A DNA stretch of 64,000 bases from an uncultured Candidatus Actinomarina sp. (lineage in GTDB: Bacteria > Actinomycetota > Acidimicrobiia > Actinomarinales > Actinomarinaceae): contig CACDQN010000001.1 of assembly GCA_902555055.1 (NCBI GenBank), positions 39,820-103,819 on the forward strand, written 5' to 3'. Below the pieces are notes generated by a model that was given only the letters and a program-made list of their open reading frames with translations, was not told the origin of the DNA and searched no databases. Positions 18,441 to 27,604 of this stretch are shown piece after piece. The first letter of the stretch is position 1, and every line of letters begins with the position of its first letter. Position numbers and translations under genes: made by a program.

Positions 18441-19691
18441 ATGCTAGATCCTGCAATTTTAAAAAATGATATTGAAAGCCTAGAGCTTAATTTAGAACGA
18501 AGAAACCTAGATATTGATTTGAAAAAGCTAACTGCTTTAGATGAACTAAGAAGAGAATTAAGATTTGAAGCGGAAAAGTTGAGATCTGAACAAAAGACTT
18601 TAGGTAAGCAAATCGCATCCGCAGATGAGAAAACTAAAAATGAATTACTTGACCAAGCATCACAGATGAGCGAAAAAGTTAAAGACTTATTTGAAAAGGT
18701 AGATCTTGCTGATAAAAATTTTATGGATATTTGGATAAAAATTCCAAATCTCATTTCAACCACTTCTCCTGATGGTACGTCTGATAAAGAGAATTCTGAA
18801 ATTAAGAAATTCGGAGAGATACGCAATATTAATAATCCCAAAGACCATCTTGAAATAGCAGAAAGTCTTGGATTGATTGATGTACAAAAAGCTTCTGAAG
18901 TTTCCGGTTCAAGATTTTCTTATTTGTTTGGAGACTTAGTAAAAATTGAGTTTAATTTAGTCTTGTGGGCTATGCAGCAATTATCTGACAAAGGTTTTAA
19001 ACCGACAATCCCTCCAGTTTTAGTCAGAGAAAATGCGCTTTATGGGACAGGATTTTTTCCTGATGATGCTGAACAGGTTTATGAAATTCCTAATGATGAT
19101 CTTTATTTAGTGGGTACATCAGAAGTTCCGCTTGCTGCATTACACTCTAATGAAATCTTAGATACTGCCACTCTACCAATAAGGTATGCAGGTTTTTCAA
19201 CTTGTTTCAGACGTGAAGCTGGAACATACGGAAAAGATACAACAGGAATTTTTAGAGTACATCAATTCGACAAAGTAGAAATGTTTTCATTCTGTAATCC
19301 TGAAAAATCTGAAGAAGAACATAAGTTTATCCTTTCAGTAGAAGAAGAGCTTTTGCAAGCTCTAGAAATCCCCTATCGAGTTGTAGACGTTTGTGCTGGC
19401 GATTTAGGTTCTTCAGCTTCAAAAAAATACGATATAGAAGCTTGGATTCCAAGTCAACAAGCATATAGAGAAGTTACTTCATGCTCTAACACAACAGACT
19501 TTCAAGCAAGAAGGCTTAATATCAGAGGAAAAGCAGATGGAGAAACTAATGTTTTACACACCCTAAACGGTACTGCTATTGCTGTCGGAAGAATATTAAT
19601 TGCTTTAATTGAAAACAACCAAACTGAAGACGGTAAAGTAGAATTTTCTGACAGTGTTGCTGAAATTATTGGTGTTAAAAACCTAAGCTAA
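18441..19691 (+). CDS. serS: Seryl-tRNA synthetase
   Basis: 416 aa. N-terminal coiled-coil arm and class II motifs (FRREAG, GTAIAVGRILIALIEN). Confidence 0.95.
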   Translation: MLDPAILKNDIESLELNLERRNLDIDLKKLTALDELRRELRFEAEKLRSEQKTLGKQIASADEKTKNELLDQASQMSEKVKDLFEKVDLADKNFMDIWIKIPNLISTTSPDGTSDKENSEIKKFGEIRNINNPKDHLEIAESLGLIDVQKASEVSGSRFSYLFGDLVKIEFNLVLWAMQQLSDKGFKPTIPPVLVRENALYGTGFFPDDAEQVYEIPNDDLYLVGTSEVPLAALHSNEILDTATLPIRYAGFSTCFRREAGTYGKDTTGIFRVHQFDKVEMFSFCNPEKSEEEHKFILSVEEELLQALEIPYRVVDVCAGDLGSSASKKYDIEAWIPSQQAYREVTSCSNTTDFQARRLNIRGKADGETNVLHTLNGTAIAVGRILIALIENNQTEDGKVEFSDSVAEIIGVKNLS

Positions 19692-20237
19692 TAACAAACT
19701 AGCAATCATACTTATTCCAAGCACAACATATGTTGCACGCGCAACTTTCTTGTTCTTTTCTAAACTATTCTGAAGCTGTTCCCCAAGTATTAACCATATG
19801 CCTACACAAAAAGGCAATACTAAAAAATATATAAAAGCCCCTTGGTTATTTGTAATGTTAAATGCCGTAAGGCCCGACACAGCCATGACAACACCTTTTG
19901 GATTAATCCATTGGAAAAGACAGGCCTGTATAAATGTAAAAGGTTTCTCTACTGAAGACCCTTTTTTATTTGTATCTAGTGAAGTTGTGGCAACTCTATA
20001 CGCAATGTATGTAATAACCGCATAACCAACATACTGCAGATAGGTAAAAATTTCAGCTGGTACATAGGTAAGTAAAAAACCACCAACAAAAAATAAAAAA
20101 GTGAACCCTAGCCAAATTCCAAGAAAATGAGGTATTGAAGCTTTTCTACCAAATTTTATTCCGGAGGCCATAAGTAAAGAATTGTTTGGTCCTGGAGTAA
20201 TTGCAGTTACAAATGCGAATATGAAAAACTCAAACAT
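19683..20237 (-). CDS. LysE/RhtB family amino-acid exporter
   Basis: 184 aa. N-terminal ITPGPNN signature, about 5-6 TM. Confidence 0.85.
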   Translation of the reverse strand: MFEFFIFAFVTAITPGPNNSLLMASGIKFGRKASIPHFLGIWLGFTFLFFVGGFLLTYVPAEIFTYLQYVGYAVITYIAYRVATTSLDTNKKGSSVEKPFTFIQACLFQWINPKGVVMAVSGLTAFNITNNQGAFIYFLVLPFCVGIWLILGEQLQNSLEKNKKVARATYVVLGISMIASLLLA

Positions 20238-20274
20238 TTGGCTATATTAACATCAACAATAGAATAAAAAGACT

Positions 20275-20733
20275 ATGAAATATAGATCAAATGAAGACAA
20301 GATGAAAGTAGCTCTTGACGAAGCAAGAAAAGCACTTGATATTGATGAAGTCCCCGTGGGAGCAGCAATATTTGATAAAGACGATAATTTAATATGTGCA
20401 AATCACAATAGAAGAGAATTAGACCAAAACCCAATGTCCCATGCTGAAATTCTAGTTTTAGAAGAGGCTTCCAAGATTTTAGGTACTTGGAGACTCGAAG
20501 AGACAACTATAGCTGTAACTTTAGAACCTGATGCTATGTGTGCTGGTGCTATTTCTCTGTCTAGAGTTAAAAAATTAATATATGGAGCTCAAAATGAAAA
20601 AGCGGGGGCAGCTTTTTCATTGTATAACATACCCCAAGATCCAAGATTAAATCATTTTGTTGAGATAAAAGATAATATACTTACCCATGAATCTGAAGCT
20701 ATATTATCCTCTTTCTTTGACAGCAAGAGATAA
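20275..20733 (+). CDS. tadA: tRNA adenosine(34) deaminase TadA homologue (non-canonical PDxxC zinc motif)
   Basis: CDA-fold motifs: VPVGAAIF, HAE (MSHAEILVLEEA), then LEPDAMCAGA where TadA normally has PCxMCxGA. Followed by a tRNA cluster containing tRNA-Arg(ACG). Confidence 0.85.
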   Translation: MKYRSNEDKMKVALDEARKALDIDEVPVGAAIFDKDDNLICANHNRRELDQNPMSHAEILVLEEASKILGTWRLEETTIAVTLEPDAMCAGAISLSRVKKLIYGAQNEKAGAAFSLYNIPQDPRLNHFVEIKDNILTHESEAILSSFFDSKR

Positions 20734-20760
20734 CTAAAATAGAATCTCAGGTTTTTTTTC

Positions 20761-20849
20761 GGAGGGATCGCATAGTCTGGCCTAGTGCGCACGCTTGGAA
20801 AGCGTGTAAGGGTTTATCCCCTTCGAGGGTTCGAATCCCTCTCCCTCCG
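20761..20849 (+). tRNA. tRNA-Ser (anticodon GGA)
   Basis: Class II tRNA with a long variable arm. Anticodon arm CACGC-TTGGAAA-GCGTG. T-arm GAGGG-TTCGAAT-CCCTC. Acceptor GGAGGGA/TCCCTCC, discriminator G. Confidence 0.95.
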
Positions 20850-20866
20850 CAAAAAACAGACCATCT

Positions 20867-20952
20867 GGAGGGATGGCCGAGCGGACGAAGGCGATAGTCT
20901 TGAAAACTATTGTATGTATTCCATACCGTGGGTTCGAATCCCACTCCCTCCG
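20867..20952 (+). tRNA. tRNA-Ser (anticodon UGA)
   Basis: Anticodon arm ATAGT-CTTGAAA-ACTAT, long variable arm, GTGGG-TTCGAAT-CCCAC T-arm. Confidence 0.95.
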
Positions 20953-20959
20953 CTGACTT

Positions 20960-21049
20960 GGAGAGGTGACTGAGTGGCCTAAAGTGCTCGCCTGCTAAGC
21001 GAGTGGGGAAGAAATTCCCTCGAGGGTTCGAATCCCTCTCTCTCCGCCA
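20960..21049 (+). tRNA. tRNA-Ser (anticodon GCU), CCA encoded
   Basis: Anticodon arm CTCGC-CTGCTAA-GCGAG, long variable arm, acceptor GGAGAGG/TCTCTCC, then G and CCA (21047-21049). Confidence 0.95.
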
Positions 21050-21050
21050 T

Positions 21051-21124
21051 GCGCCTGTAGCTTAACTGGATAGAGCATCTGATTACGGATCAGAAGGTTG
21101 GGGGTTCGACTCCCTCCAGGCGTG
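21051..21124 (+). tRNA. tRNA-Arg (anticodon ACG)
   Basis: Anticodon arm TCTGA-TTACGGA-TCAGA. Starts 1 nt after the CCA of the preceding tRNA. Confidence 0.95.
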
Positions 21125-21130
21125 CTAGAT

Positions 21131-21793
21131 CTAATAGTTCCAGAGAGGTTCTTCTATATTCCAGTTAGTTTCATTACCCCAAGTATTTAGATAAGTTACT
21201 TCATCAACGGGGTTTCTCTTAGCTACTCCCCACTTACCTAGTGGATATCCAGCAGTAATAACTGCATCAATTTTCCAACCTTTATCATTCGGTATATTTA
21301 AAATTTCAAATGCTTTTTCAGGCTTAAACATTCCCAGTACTGTGGTTAAACAAGTACCTATACCATGAGCTCTGCCAGCAAGCATAAGGCTCCAAATTGC
21401 TGGGAATATAGAAGACCCAGTAGGATCATTTCTAGATAACACAACAAACATCGCAGGAACTTTATGAAAATTCTCTGAAAGCCAAGCTGCTGACTTAGTA
21501 ATCCGAACTACTTGTTCAGCTTTTTTGTTATCAGTGACATTTGACGCCCCTAAGTCCGAACTACCTTCATAAAATTCTTTAACATACGAATCCCACGCCT
21601 CCCTGTAAGAGTCACCTAATTTATTTTTGATTTCAGGATCAGTAACTATAATAAATTTCCAACCTTGACGATTAGAACCGCTTGGAGCCCTGATACCCGC
21701 ATCAACCATTTGTTTTAATATTTCTTCTGGAATGGGATCTTCGCTAACTCTGCGCATTGCTCTGGTTGTATATAAAGCTTCGAAAGCATCCAT
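21131..21793 (-). CDS. Nitroreductase family protein
   Basis: 220 aa. TTRAMRRVSEDPIPEE...APSGSNRQGWKF is the nitroreductase N-terminal signature. Confidence 0.85.
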   Translation of the reverse strand: MDAFEALYTTRAMRRVSEDPIPEEILKQMVDAGIRAPSGSNRQGWKFIIVTDPEIKNKLGDSYREAWDSYVKEFYEGSSDLGASNVTDNKKAEQVVRITKSAAWLSENFHKVPAMFVVLSRNDPTGSSIFPAIWSLMLAGRAHGIGTCLTTVLGMFKPEKAFEILNIPNDKGWKIDAVITAGYPLGKWGVAKRNPVDEVTYLNTWGNETNWNIEEPLWNY

Positions 21794-21819
21794 TAGATAA
21801 TCTTACTAATATAAATTAA

Positions 21820-22629
21820 ATGGAAGAGAAGTTACTTAAAGAAATTAAGAATAATGTTGGCTATGTATGGATTAACAGACCTGATAAAAAAAATGCTTTA
21901 GACGCAGATGTTTGGTTTGGATTACCTGATGTTATCAATGAGTTGGATAATGACGATGAAGTCCGATGCATAGTAATTGCGGGAAAAGGGGAATGTTTTT
22001 CTGCGGGAATTGATATAACAATGTTTATGTCAGATTTTCAAATTAATGAAGATATGTCATCTACACCAGCCGATAGAAAAAAGCTAAAGAAACAAATTCA
22101 AAAAATGCAAGATGCATTTACTGCATTGTCTAAAACTTCAGTACCAGTCATTGCACTAGCTCACGGACATTGTATTGGTGGAGCAACAGCTTTGATATCA
22201 GCATGTGACATAAGAATTTCAACGAAAGACGCTAGGTTTTCAATTGGGGAAACAAAGTTAGGTCTAGTCGCAGATGTAGGAGTCTTACAAAGGATGCCAA
22301 AAATTGTATCTAAGGGAGATCTTAGGGAGCTTGCATACACAGGTAGAATATTTGACGGAGAATATGCTGAAAAAATACGATTTGTTAGTAGTACTTATGA
22401 TAATTTTGACGACCTGTTTGATGCAGGAGTTCAGCTTGCCGAAGAAATTGCTAGTAATGCTTCAAATATCGTTCAAGGAACTAAACAAGTCCTGGACAAG
22501 GGAGAAGACCTTACAACACAACAAGCATTAGATTTTGTTCAGCTCTGGAATACCAGTTTTTTAATAACCGAAGACTTAAGAGAAGGTGTTACTGCATTTA
22601 TGGAAAAGAGAAAGCCTAAATTTAACTAA
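21820..22629 (+). CDS. Enoyl-CoA hydratase/isomerase (crotonase) family protein
   Basis: 269 aa. NRPDKKNAL, FSAGIDI, GHCIGGA oxyanion-hole motifs. Confidence 0.88.
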   Translation: MEEKLLKEIKNNVGYVWINRPDKKNALDADVWFGLPDVINELDNDDEVRCIVIAGKGECFSAGIDITMFMSDFQINEDMSSTPADRKKLKKQIQKMQDAFTALSKTSVPVIALAHGHCIGGATALISACDIRISTKDARFSIGETKLGLVADVGVLQRMPKIVSKGDLRELAYTGRIFDGEYAEKIRFVSSTYDNFDDLFDAGVQLAEEIASNASNIVQGTKQVLDKGEDLTTQQALDFVQLWNTSFLITEDLREGVTAFMEKRKPKFN

Positions 22630-23602
22630 TTTTTTCATAAGTTGTGATAGCAAATCTATCTGTCATACCTGCAACATAGTCTATCGAGTTTGCTACATCA
22701 CTTTGATCTTGAGCATAGTTTTTGGGAAGTTTGTCAGGATTTTTTTCAAAATGCATTACCAAGGTCTCTACAATTTTTTTTGCCTCAGATCTTTGGTTTA
22801 AAGTTTCTTTTCTTAGATACACTTTTTCAAACATAAACTCTCGCAATTCATGCATAATACTTAAAATCTCTTCATCCATTTGTAAATCTCCACCAGAAGA
22901 TGCTTTAAATATTCCTGAAATTAAAGAATTAATCCAAGTTTTTCCTGGAGAACCCAATACGGAAGTGATGTTCTTTGGTATATCTCCCTCTTTCAAAACA
23001 TTTGCTCTAATAGCATCTTCAACATCATGTGATAGGTACGCTATTCTATCAGCAAACCTACAAATTAATCCCTCAGGTGAATAGGGAGGTTCTTCATATC
23101 TCCAAGGATGTTTTTCAATTCCATTTATTGTTTCTTTTGTAAGATTAAGTGGCTCTATTACTGAAAGCATTTTGACAGAATTTTCTGAGTGACTCCATCC
23201 ACCGTCTAGGATTTCATTTAAAACATGTTCGCCAGTGTGTCCAAATGGTGAATGCCCAACATCATGACCTAAACAAATTGCTTCAGTTAAGTCAGGATTT
23301 AATCCTAATGTTTTTGCTATAGATCTTCCAATCTGAGTTACATTAAGCGTGTGAGTCATTCTTGTAATAAAATGATCTCCATCTGGATTAATAAAAACTT
23401 GCGTCTTATGTTTCAACCTTCTGAATGTTTTTGAATGAATTATTCTGTCTCGATCTCTTTCAAAACACGTTCTAAAAGCATCGGGTTCTTCATCTTCATC
23501 TCTTCCTTGAGAGTTTGCTGCAAAGGTCGCATTACTTGATAAAGTAACACGCTCATTTTGCTCTCTCCAAGTTCTATCTCTTAGAATAAATGAATCGTTC
23601 AT
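22622..23602 (-). CDS. dgt: dGTPase-like HD-domain triphosphohydrolase
   Basis: 326 aa. RDRDRIIHS, THTLNVTQIGR, LGHDVGHSPFGH, C-terminal DYVAGMTD. Confidence 0.88.
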   Translation of the reverse strand: MNDSFILRDRTWREQNERVTLSSNATFAANSQGRDEDEEPDAFRTCFERDRDRIIHSKTFRRLKHKTQVFINPDGDHFITRMTHTLNVTQIGRSIAKTLGLNPDLTEAICLGHDVGHSPFGHTGEHVLNEILDGGWSHSENSVKMLSVIEPLNLTKETINGIEKHPWRYEEPPYSPEGLICRFADRIAYLSHDVEDAIRANVLKEGDIPKNITSVLGSPGKTWINSLISGIFKASSGGDLQMDEEILSIMHELREFMFEKVYLRKETLNQRSEAKKIVETLVMHFEKNPDKLPKNYAQDQSDVANSIDYVAGMTDRFAITTYEKIS

Positions 23603-23611
23603 AGTTTTACT

Positions 23612-24214
23612 TTACAAGTTGTAGTTTTCAAGTAAAGGAGATAATTCTTCCCAACTTTTTAAATCAACAGTACCTTCCACAAATCTGTTGTATTGCCTAA
23701 CAAATCTAAGTATTAGTTTTTCTGGTACATTTTCGACAAAGCTTTCTAACTGATGCGGTGCGTCATCAATATAAACGTCACAGCTAACTTTCCATTTGTC
23801 TTCAGTAAAGTGTATTTCTTTTGAGGGTATTTTATTTTCACCCAACCACATAAGAGTGTCATGTATTGACCACCATGGTTTTGATGAAATAATTACTATT
23901 TCATGGCCTTTTAATGAAAGATCTACTAATACCTCAATTGCATTATTGTAAGTTTTTAAATTTCTAAAAATTGAAGCACCATCAATATCTTTTGCCCAAT
24001 TCCAGAAGTCAACCTCTTCTTCAAAATGGGTTAAAGGCTTTGCAAGACCCCACTCTGTTATATCATTTTCACTTATTTTTTTACCGAAGTCTTTTTCATA
24101 CTGTGAGGTCCACCCATCAGTGAAATCAGCAACAACACCGTCTAAATCTACACCTATTCTCATTTGACTTAGTTTAATTGTATAGTGCATTATAGAAAGG
24201 AAAGATAGTACCAT
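23612..24214 (-). CDS. 5'(3')-deoxyribonucleotidase (NT5C-type HAD phosphatase)
   Basis: MRIGVDLDGVVADF carries the HAD DxDxV motif. The likely true start is this internal Met (ATG at 24163). Confidence 0.8.
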   Translation of the reverse strand: MVLSFLSIMHYTIKLSQMRIGVDLDGVVADFTDGWTSQYEKDFGKKISENDITEWGLAKPLTHFEEEVDFWNWAKDIDGASIFRNLKTYNNAIEVLVDLSLKGHEIVIISSKPWWSIHDTLMWLGENKIPSKEIHFTEDKWKVSCDVYIDDAPHQLESFVENVPEKLILRFVRQYNRFVEGTVDLKSWEELSPLLENYNL

Positions 24215-24222
24215 TTATTGAT

Positions 24223-25767
24223 ATGCAAGAAGCCTTTTATAGAAAATATAGACCAGCTAGCCTTGAAGAATTAGTTGGCCAGTCAGATGCCGTACAACTT
24301 ATTCAACAGCAGGTTAAAAATGACAATCTTAGTCACGCGTATCTATTTTCTGGGCCAAGAGGTGTTGGAAAAACTTCCTTAGCAAGAATAATTGCCACAA
24401 CCCTAGGTTGTGACCCTGTTTTTGATATAACAGAAATTGATGCTGCTTCACACAATAAAGTTGATGACATAAGAGACTTAAACGACAGTATTAATTTTAT
24501 TGCGAGCAGTCCAGGAAATAAAAGAGTTTTTATTTTAGATGAAGTACATATGTTATCAAATGCTGCTTCAAATGCTTTCTTGAAAACACTCGAAGAGCCA
24601 CCAGCACATGTAATCTTTATCCTTGCTACTACTGAACCAGATCGGGTACTTGAAACTATTAAAAGCAGGACAACTCATATCGCATTTAAAAGGATTAGTA
24701 ATGAAGAAATTGTTGAAACGCTTACAAGGATTGCAAAAAGTGAAAAAATTAAAATTGGCGACGAGATTTTAAAATATATCTCAAACCAAAGTGAAGGATC
24801 TCTTCGTGATGCTATCAATCTCTTTGAACAAACTCACAACACATTTGGAGATAAAGCAAATATAGATGATCTTTATAATATTTTAGGAAAAGTATCAAAT
24901 GCAGATATGTTCAAAATTATTGAGTCAATAAATGTACAAGACACTTCAGAAGTTCTCAACATATTGCAATCCAATTACAACAAAGGATTACAACCTTTAG
25001 ATATTCTAAATTCCTTAACTGGATTATTTAGAAATATATTCTATTTTAAGTACCTGCCTGATGACGTTAATTATTTAAACATTAGTGAAAATGAAAAAGA
25101 CTTAGTTAAAAATTCAAATGAATACATAAATGCTAGAGAGCTATCAAGAATCCTTGATATTCTTGATGAGCTAAATCAATCTATACAAAGTGCACCTTCT
25201 CAGGAATTAAAATTAGAACTATTTTTAATAAAGCTTATTAAACCCGAGTTAGCTTCTGATATTAAGTCTATTTCAAGAAGGGTAGATTTACTTGAAGGAG
25301 AAAGTACTTTAAAGCCAGGTTCAAAAAAAGTACAAAAAGTAACGCAGGATACAAAGGAAAATATAGAAGATAAAACTACGAAAAAAAAAATAAGTGAAGA
25401 ACCGTCAACTCCAAAATCTTCACCAAAAGATATTGGTAATTTTGATGTCTACTGGCCAAAAGTTCTCCAGAAGGCAAAAGAGGAATTAACTCCAAGAAAA
25501 TACTCCTACCTGACCTTAGTTTCCCCAGAGATAGATGATCAAAATAAATTAATTTTGCTTATTAATAAAGAAAATGAATATTTAATTTCAGAGTTAAATA
25601 AATCCAGTGATATAAAAGAATTTATTTCGTCATGTATTGCAAAAATGATGGGAATAAGTATATCTATCGAAATTAAAGCTATTGATGGAACTTCCGAACG
25701 TTTAGTTTCAGAAAATGGTTTTCAGGATAATATAAATGAAGTCTTTGATATCAAAAGCATGGATTAA
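24223..25767 (+). CDS. dnaX: DNA polymerase III subunit tau/gamma
   Basis: 514 aa. Clamp-loader AAA+ motifs (GPRGVGKTS, ILDEVHML, SRT), Lys/Ser/Pro-rich linker and C-terminal tau-specific region. An A10 run lies at 25381-25390. Confidence 0.92.
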   Translation: MQEAFYRKYRPASLEELVGQSDAVQLIQQQVKNDNLSHAYLFSGPRGVGKTSLARIIATTLGCDPVFDITEIDAASHNKVDDIRDLNDSINFIASSPGNKRVFILDEVHMLSNAASNAFLKTLEEPPAHVIFILATTEPDRVLETIKSRTTHIAFKRISNEEIVETLTRIAKSEKIKIGDEILKYISNQSEGSLRDAINLFEQTHNTFGDKANIDDLYNILGKVSNADMFKIIESINVQDTSEVLNILQSNYNKGLQPLDILNSLTGLFRNIFYFKYLPDDVNYLNISENEKDLVKNSNEYINARELSRILDILDELNQSIQSAPSQELKLELFLIKLIKPELASDIKSISRRVDLLEGESTLKPGSKKVQKVTQDTKENIEDKTTKKKISEEPSTPKSSPKDIGNFDVYWPKVLQKAKEELTPRKYSYLTLVSPEIDDQNKLILLINKENEYLISELNKSSDIKEFISSCIAKMMGISISIEIKAIDGTSERLVSENGFQDNINEVFDIKSMD

Positions 25768-26105
25768 TTTTCTTTAAGATTTAATTCACTTAAAGCAACT
25801 GTTATTCTTCTTGATCCTTGATTCTGAGCACTCTTACAGAGTTCAATAAAGCTTCTTAATTCACCGGTTCTAAACTTTTTCAATTCGTCCCCTGATTCCA
25901 CTTTTATGTTACGTTCTCTTTCTAAAAGCTTAATTTCTATCTCTTTTGCTCTAGCTAGGTAGGTACTACTAACTTCAAAAAGTGTATCAACTCCATCAGC
26001 TATTGGAGGATTAATATGACCCATCAGCACATCTATATAGTCATTAATTTCTTGATGCAACTCTTGTGCATTAGATAAACCTTTTTTAAGTGGAAATTTC
26101 TGCAT
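25764..26105 (-). CDS. Hypothetical protein (113 aa)
   Basis: ORF abutting murJ (1-nt overlap at 26105) and overlapping the dnaX stop by 4 nt. No family recognised. Confidence 0.55.
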   Translation of the reverse strand: MQKFPLKKGLSNAQELHQEINDYIDVLMGHINPPIADGVDTLFEVSSTYLARAKEIEIKLLERERNIKVESGDELKKFRTGELRSFIELCKSAQNQGSRRITVALSELNLKEN

Positions 26106-27604
26106 TATCTTCTTTTTGTAATATTAATATATTCAAATTTTAGCAAACGTATTGAAGCATAAGATATTAAAAATATTATTAACAGACTTATAAATGCACT
26201 AATAAACCCTGTAGTTATGAAGAATTGATTAAGTAAGAAATAAACAATTAATAAGATCAGAGAAGCTTTAGATAGGTCAATAATCATTGGTTTATTGAGA
26301 ACTTTTATATCATCAAACTTCACTGTAAAGAGTAATATCAATGAATACAAAAACAAAGAAAAAGTAATTACAATCGCATATTCTTCTGCAGTTTTATTTC
26401 CTGTCATAATTAATAACAGAACTGCGGTAAACGTTATTAAAGATCCACTTACTACAGGAAACCAAAATTTTTTTTGAATATAAAATGATCTTGTTAATAT
26501 TTGATTTATCGACCAAGGAACTATGGCAAACACAATAATAGAGAAGACGCTACTCACCCTCATTGTGTCTTGGCTTGAAAATGCTCCTCGTTCATAAATT
26601 AATTCAATTAAAAATTTTGAATTGGAAATACAGAAAACCATTATCGCTCCGTTCACTGTAAAAAGATAAATAAGCTGCTTTCTAACTAGCAAATTGAGCT
26701 CTTTAAAATTATTATTTTTAAATAGCTTTGCTAATAATGGATAACTAGCAACTCCTATCGCTTGTGCTATTACACCAACTGGTAATAACGCTATTCTTCT
26801 TGCATACCTAAACGAGGCTACACTTCCAGCGCTAAGAATTGATCCAAAAATTCTATACAACTGCTCATCAACAACAGCAATTGATTGACCGACCACAAGG
26901 GGAAAAGAAACAAAAAGGTATTCTTTGACGTATTTTAATCTAGGAGAAGTGAGATTAAATTTTAATCCAGATCTAGAAGCCCCAATAATTTGTAATACTA
27001 GGTGTCCTGTAATAGAGCCAATCAGAGTACCAATCGCAAAACCTCTTACAGTACTTTCAGGAGTTGATGAATTGATCCAACCAAATAAAATTATTGAAGA
27101 ATTGTAAATGACAGGGGCAAAAGCTGTGTAAATAAACTTTTCTCTTAAGTATTGATAAGACATGAGTATTGCTCCAATAAAAAAGAAAACTTGACTAAAA
27201 ATTATTGGAGTAAAGATTTCATTAAAATACTCAATAGATTCAACTCCCAAAAATTCAGCAAATTTATTTCTAAAACTATAAATTATTAAAGAAAACGTCA
27301 CAAACACTATTGAAAGACCATACAACAAAGAAAGAAAATATTCATTTAGTTCACTTTCTTTCTTACTACTCATAAGAGGAATTAAAGTAATCGCTAGATA
27401 TCCTCCTGCTGAAAGATAAAATAAGAAATCAGGAATTATAAAAGCTAAATCTAATGTATCTGCAAATTGTGTAACTCCAACCCACTTTGCAAGAAGAATT
27501 TCTCTGAAAAACCCCAATCCTCTGCTAGCAGCGTATGAAAAGGTGACAATAGAAATTGAACCAATTAGTTTTTTATAACTTTGCATGTGCGTCTTCCATT
27601 TCAT
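26105..27604 (-). CDS. murJ: Lipid II flippase MurJ (MviN family)
   Basis: 499 aa, about 14 TM, MOP-superfamily N-terminus (ASRGLGFFREILLAKWVG). Confidence 0.85.
   Translation of the reverse strand: MKWKTHMQSYKKLIGSISIVTFSYAASRGLGFFREILLAKWVGVTQFADTLDLAFIIPDFLFYLSAGGYLAITLIPLMSSKKESELNEYFLSLLYGLSIVFVTFSLIIYSFRNKFAEFLGVESIEYFNEIFTPIIFSQVFFFIGAILMSYQYLREKFIYTAFAPVIYNSSIILFGWINSSTPESTVRGFAIGTLIGSITGHLVLQIIGASRSGLKFNLTSPRLKYVKEYLFVSFPLVVGQSIAVVDEQLYRIFGSILSAGSVASFRYARRIALLPVGVIAQAIGVASYPLLAKLFKNNNFKELNLLVRKQLIYLFTVNGAIMVFCISNSKFLIELIYERGAFSSQDTMRVSSVFSIIVFAIVPWSINQILTRSFYIQKKFWFPVVSGSLITFTAVLLLIMTGNKTAEEYAIVITFSLFLYSLILLFTVKFDDIKVLNKPMIIDLSKASLILLIVYFLLNQFFITTGFISAFISLLIIFLISYASIRLLKFEYINITKRR

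Noticed and set aside
18434-18841. 135-aa ORF (-) antisense to serS
   Set aside because: The Ser/Leu-rich product is the mirror of the serS coiled-coil region. serS is unambiguous.
20747-20973. ORFs 20747-20944 (-) and 20785-20973 (+)
   Set aside because: They lie entirely within the tRNA-Ser genes. GC-rich tRNA sequence simply lacks stop codons.
20761-21793. Possible genomic island or integration site at the four-tRNA cluster
   Set aside because: There is no integrase, no direct repeat of a tRNA 3' end, and no compositional break. The adjacent nitroreductase and crotonase genes look like ordinary core genes.
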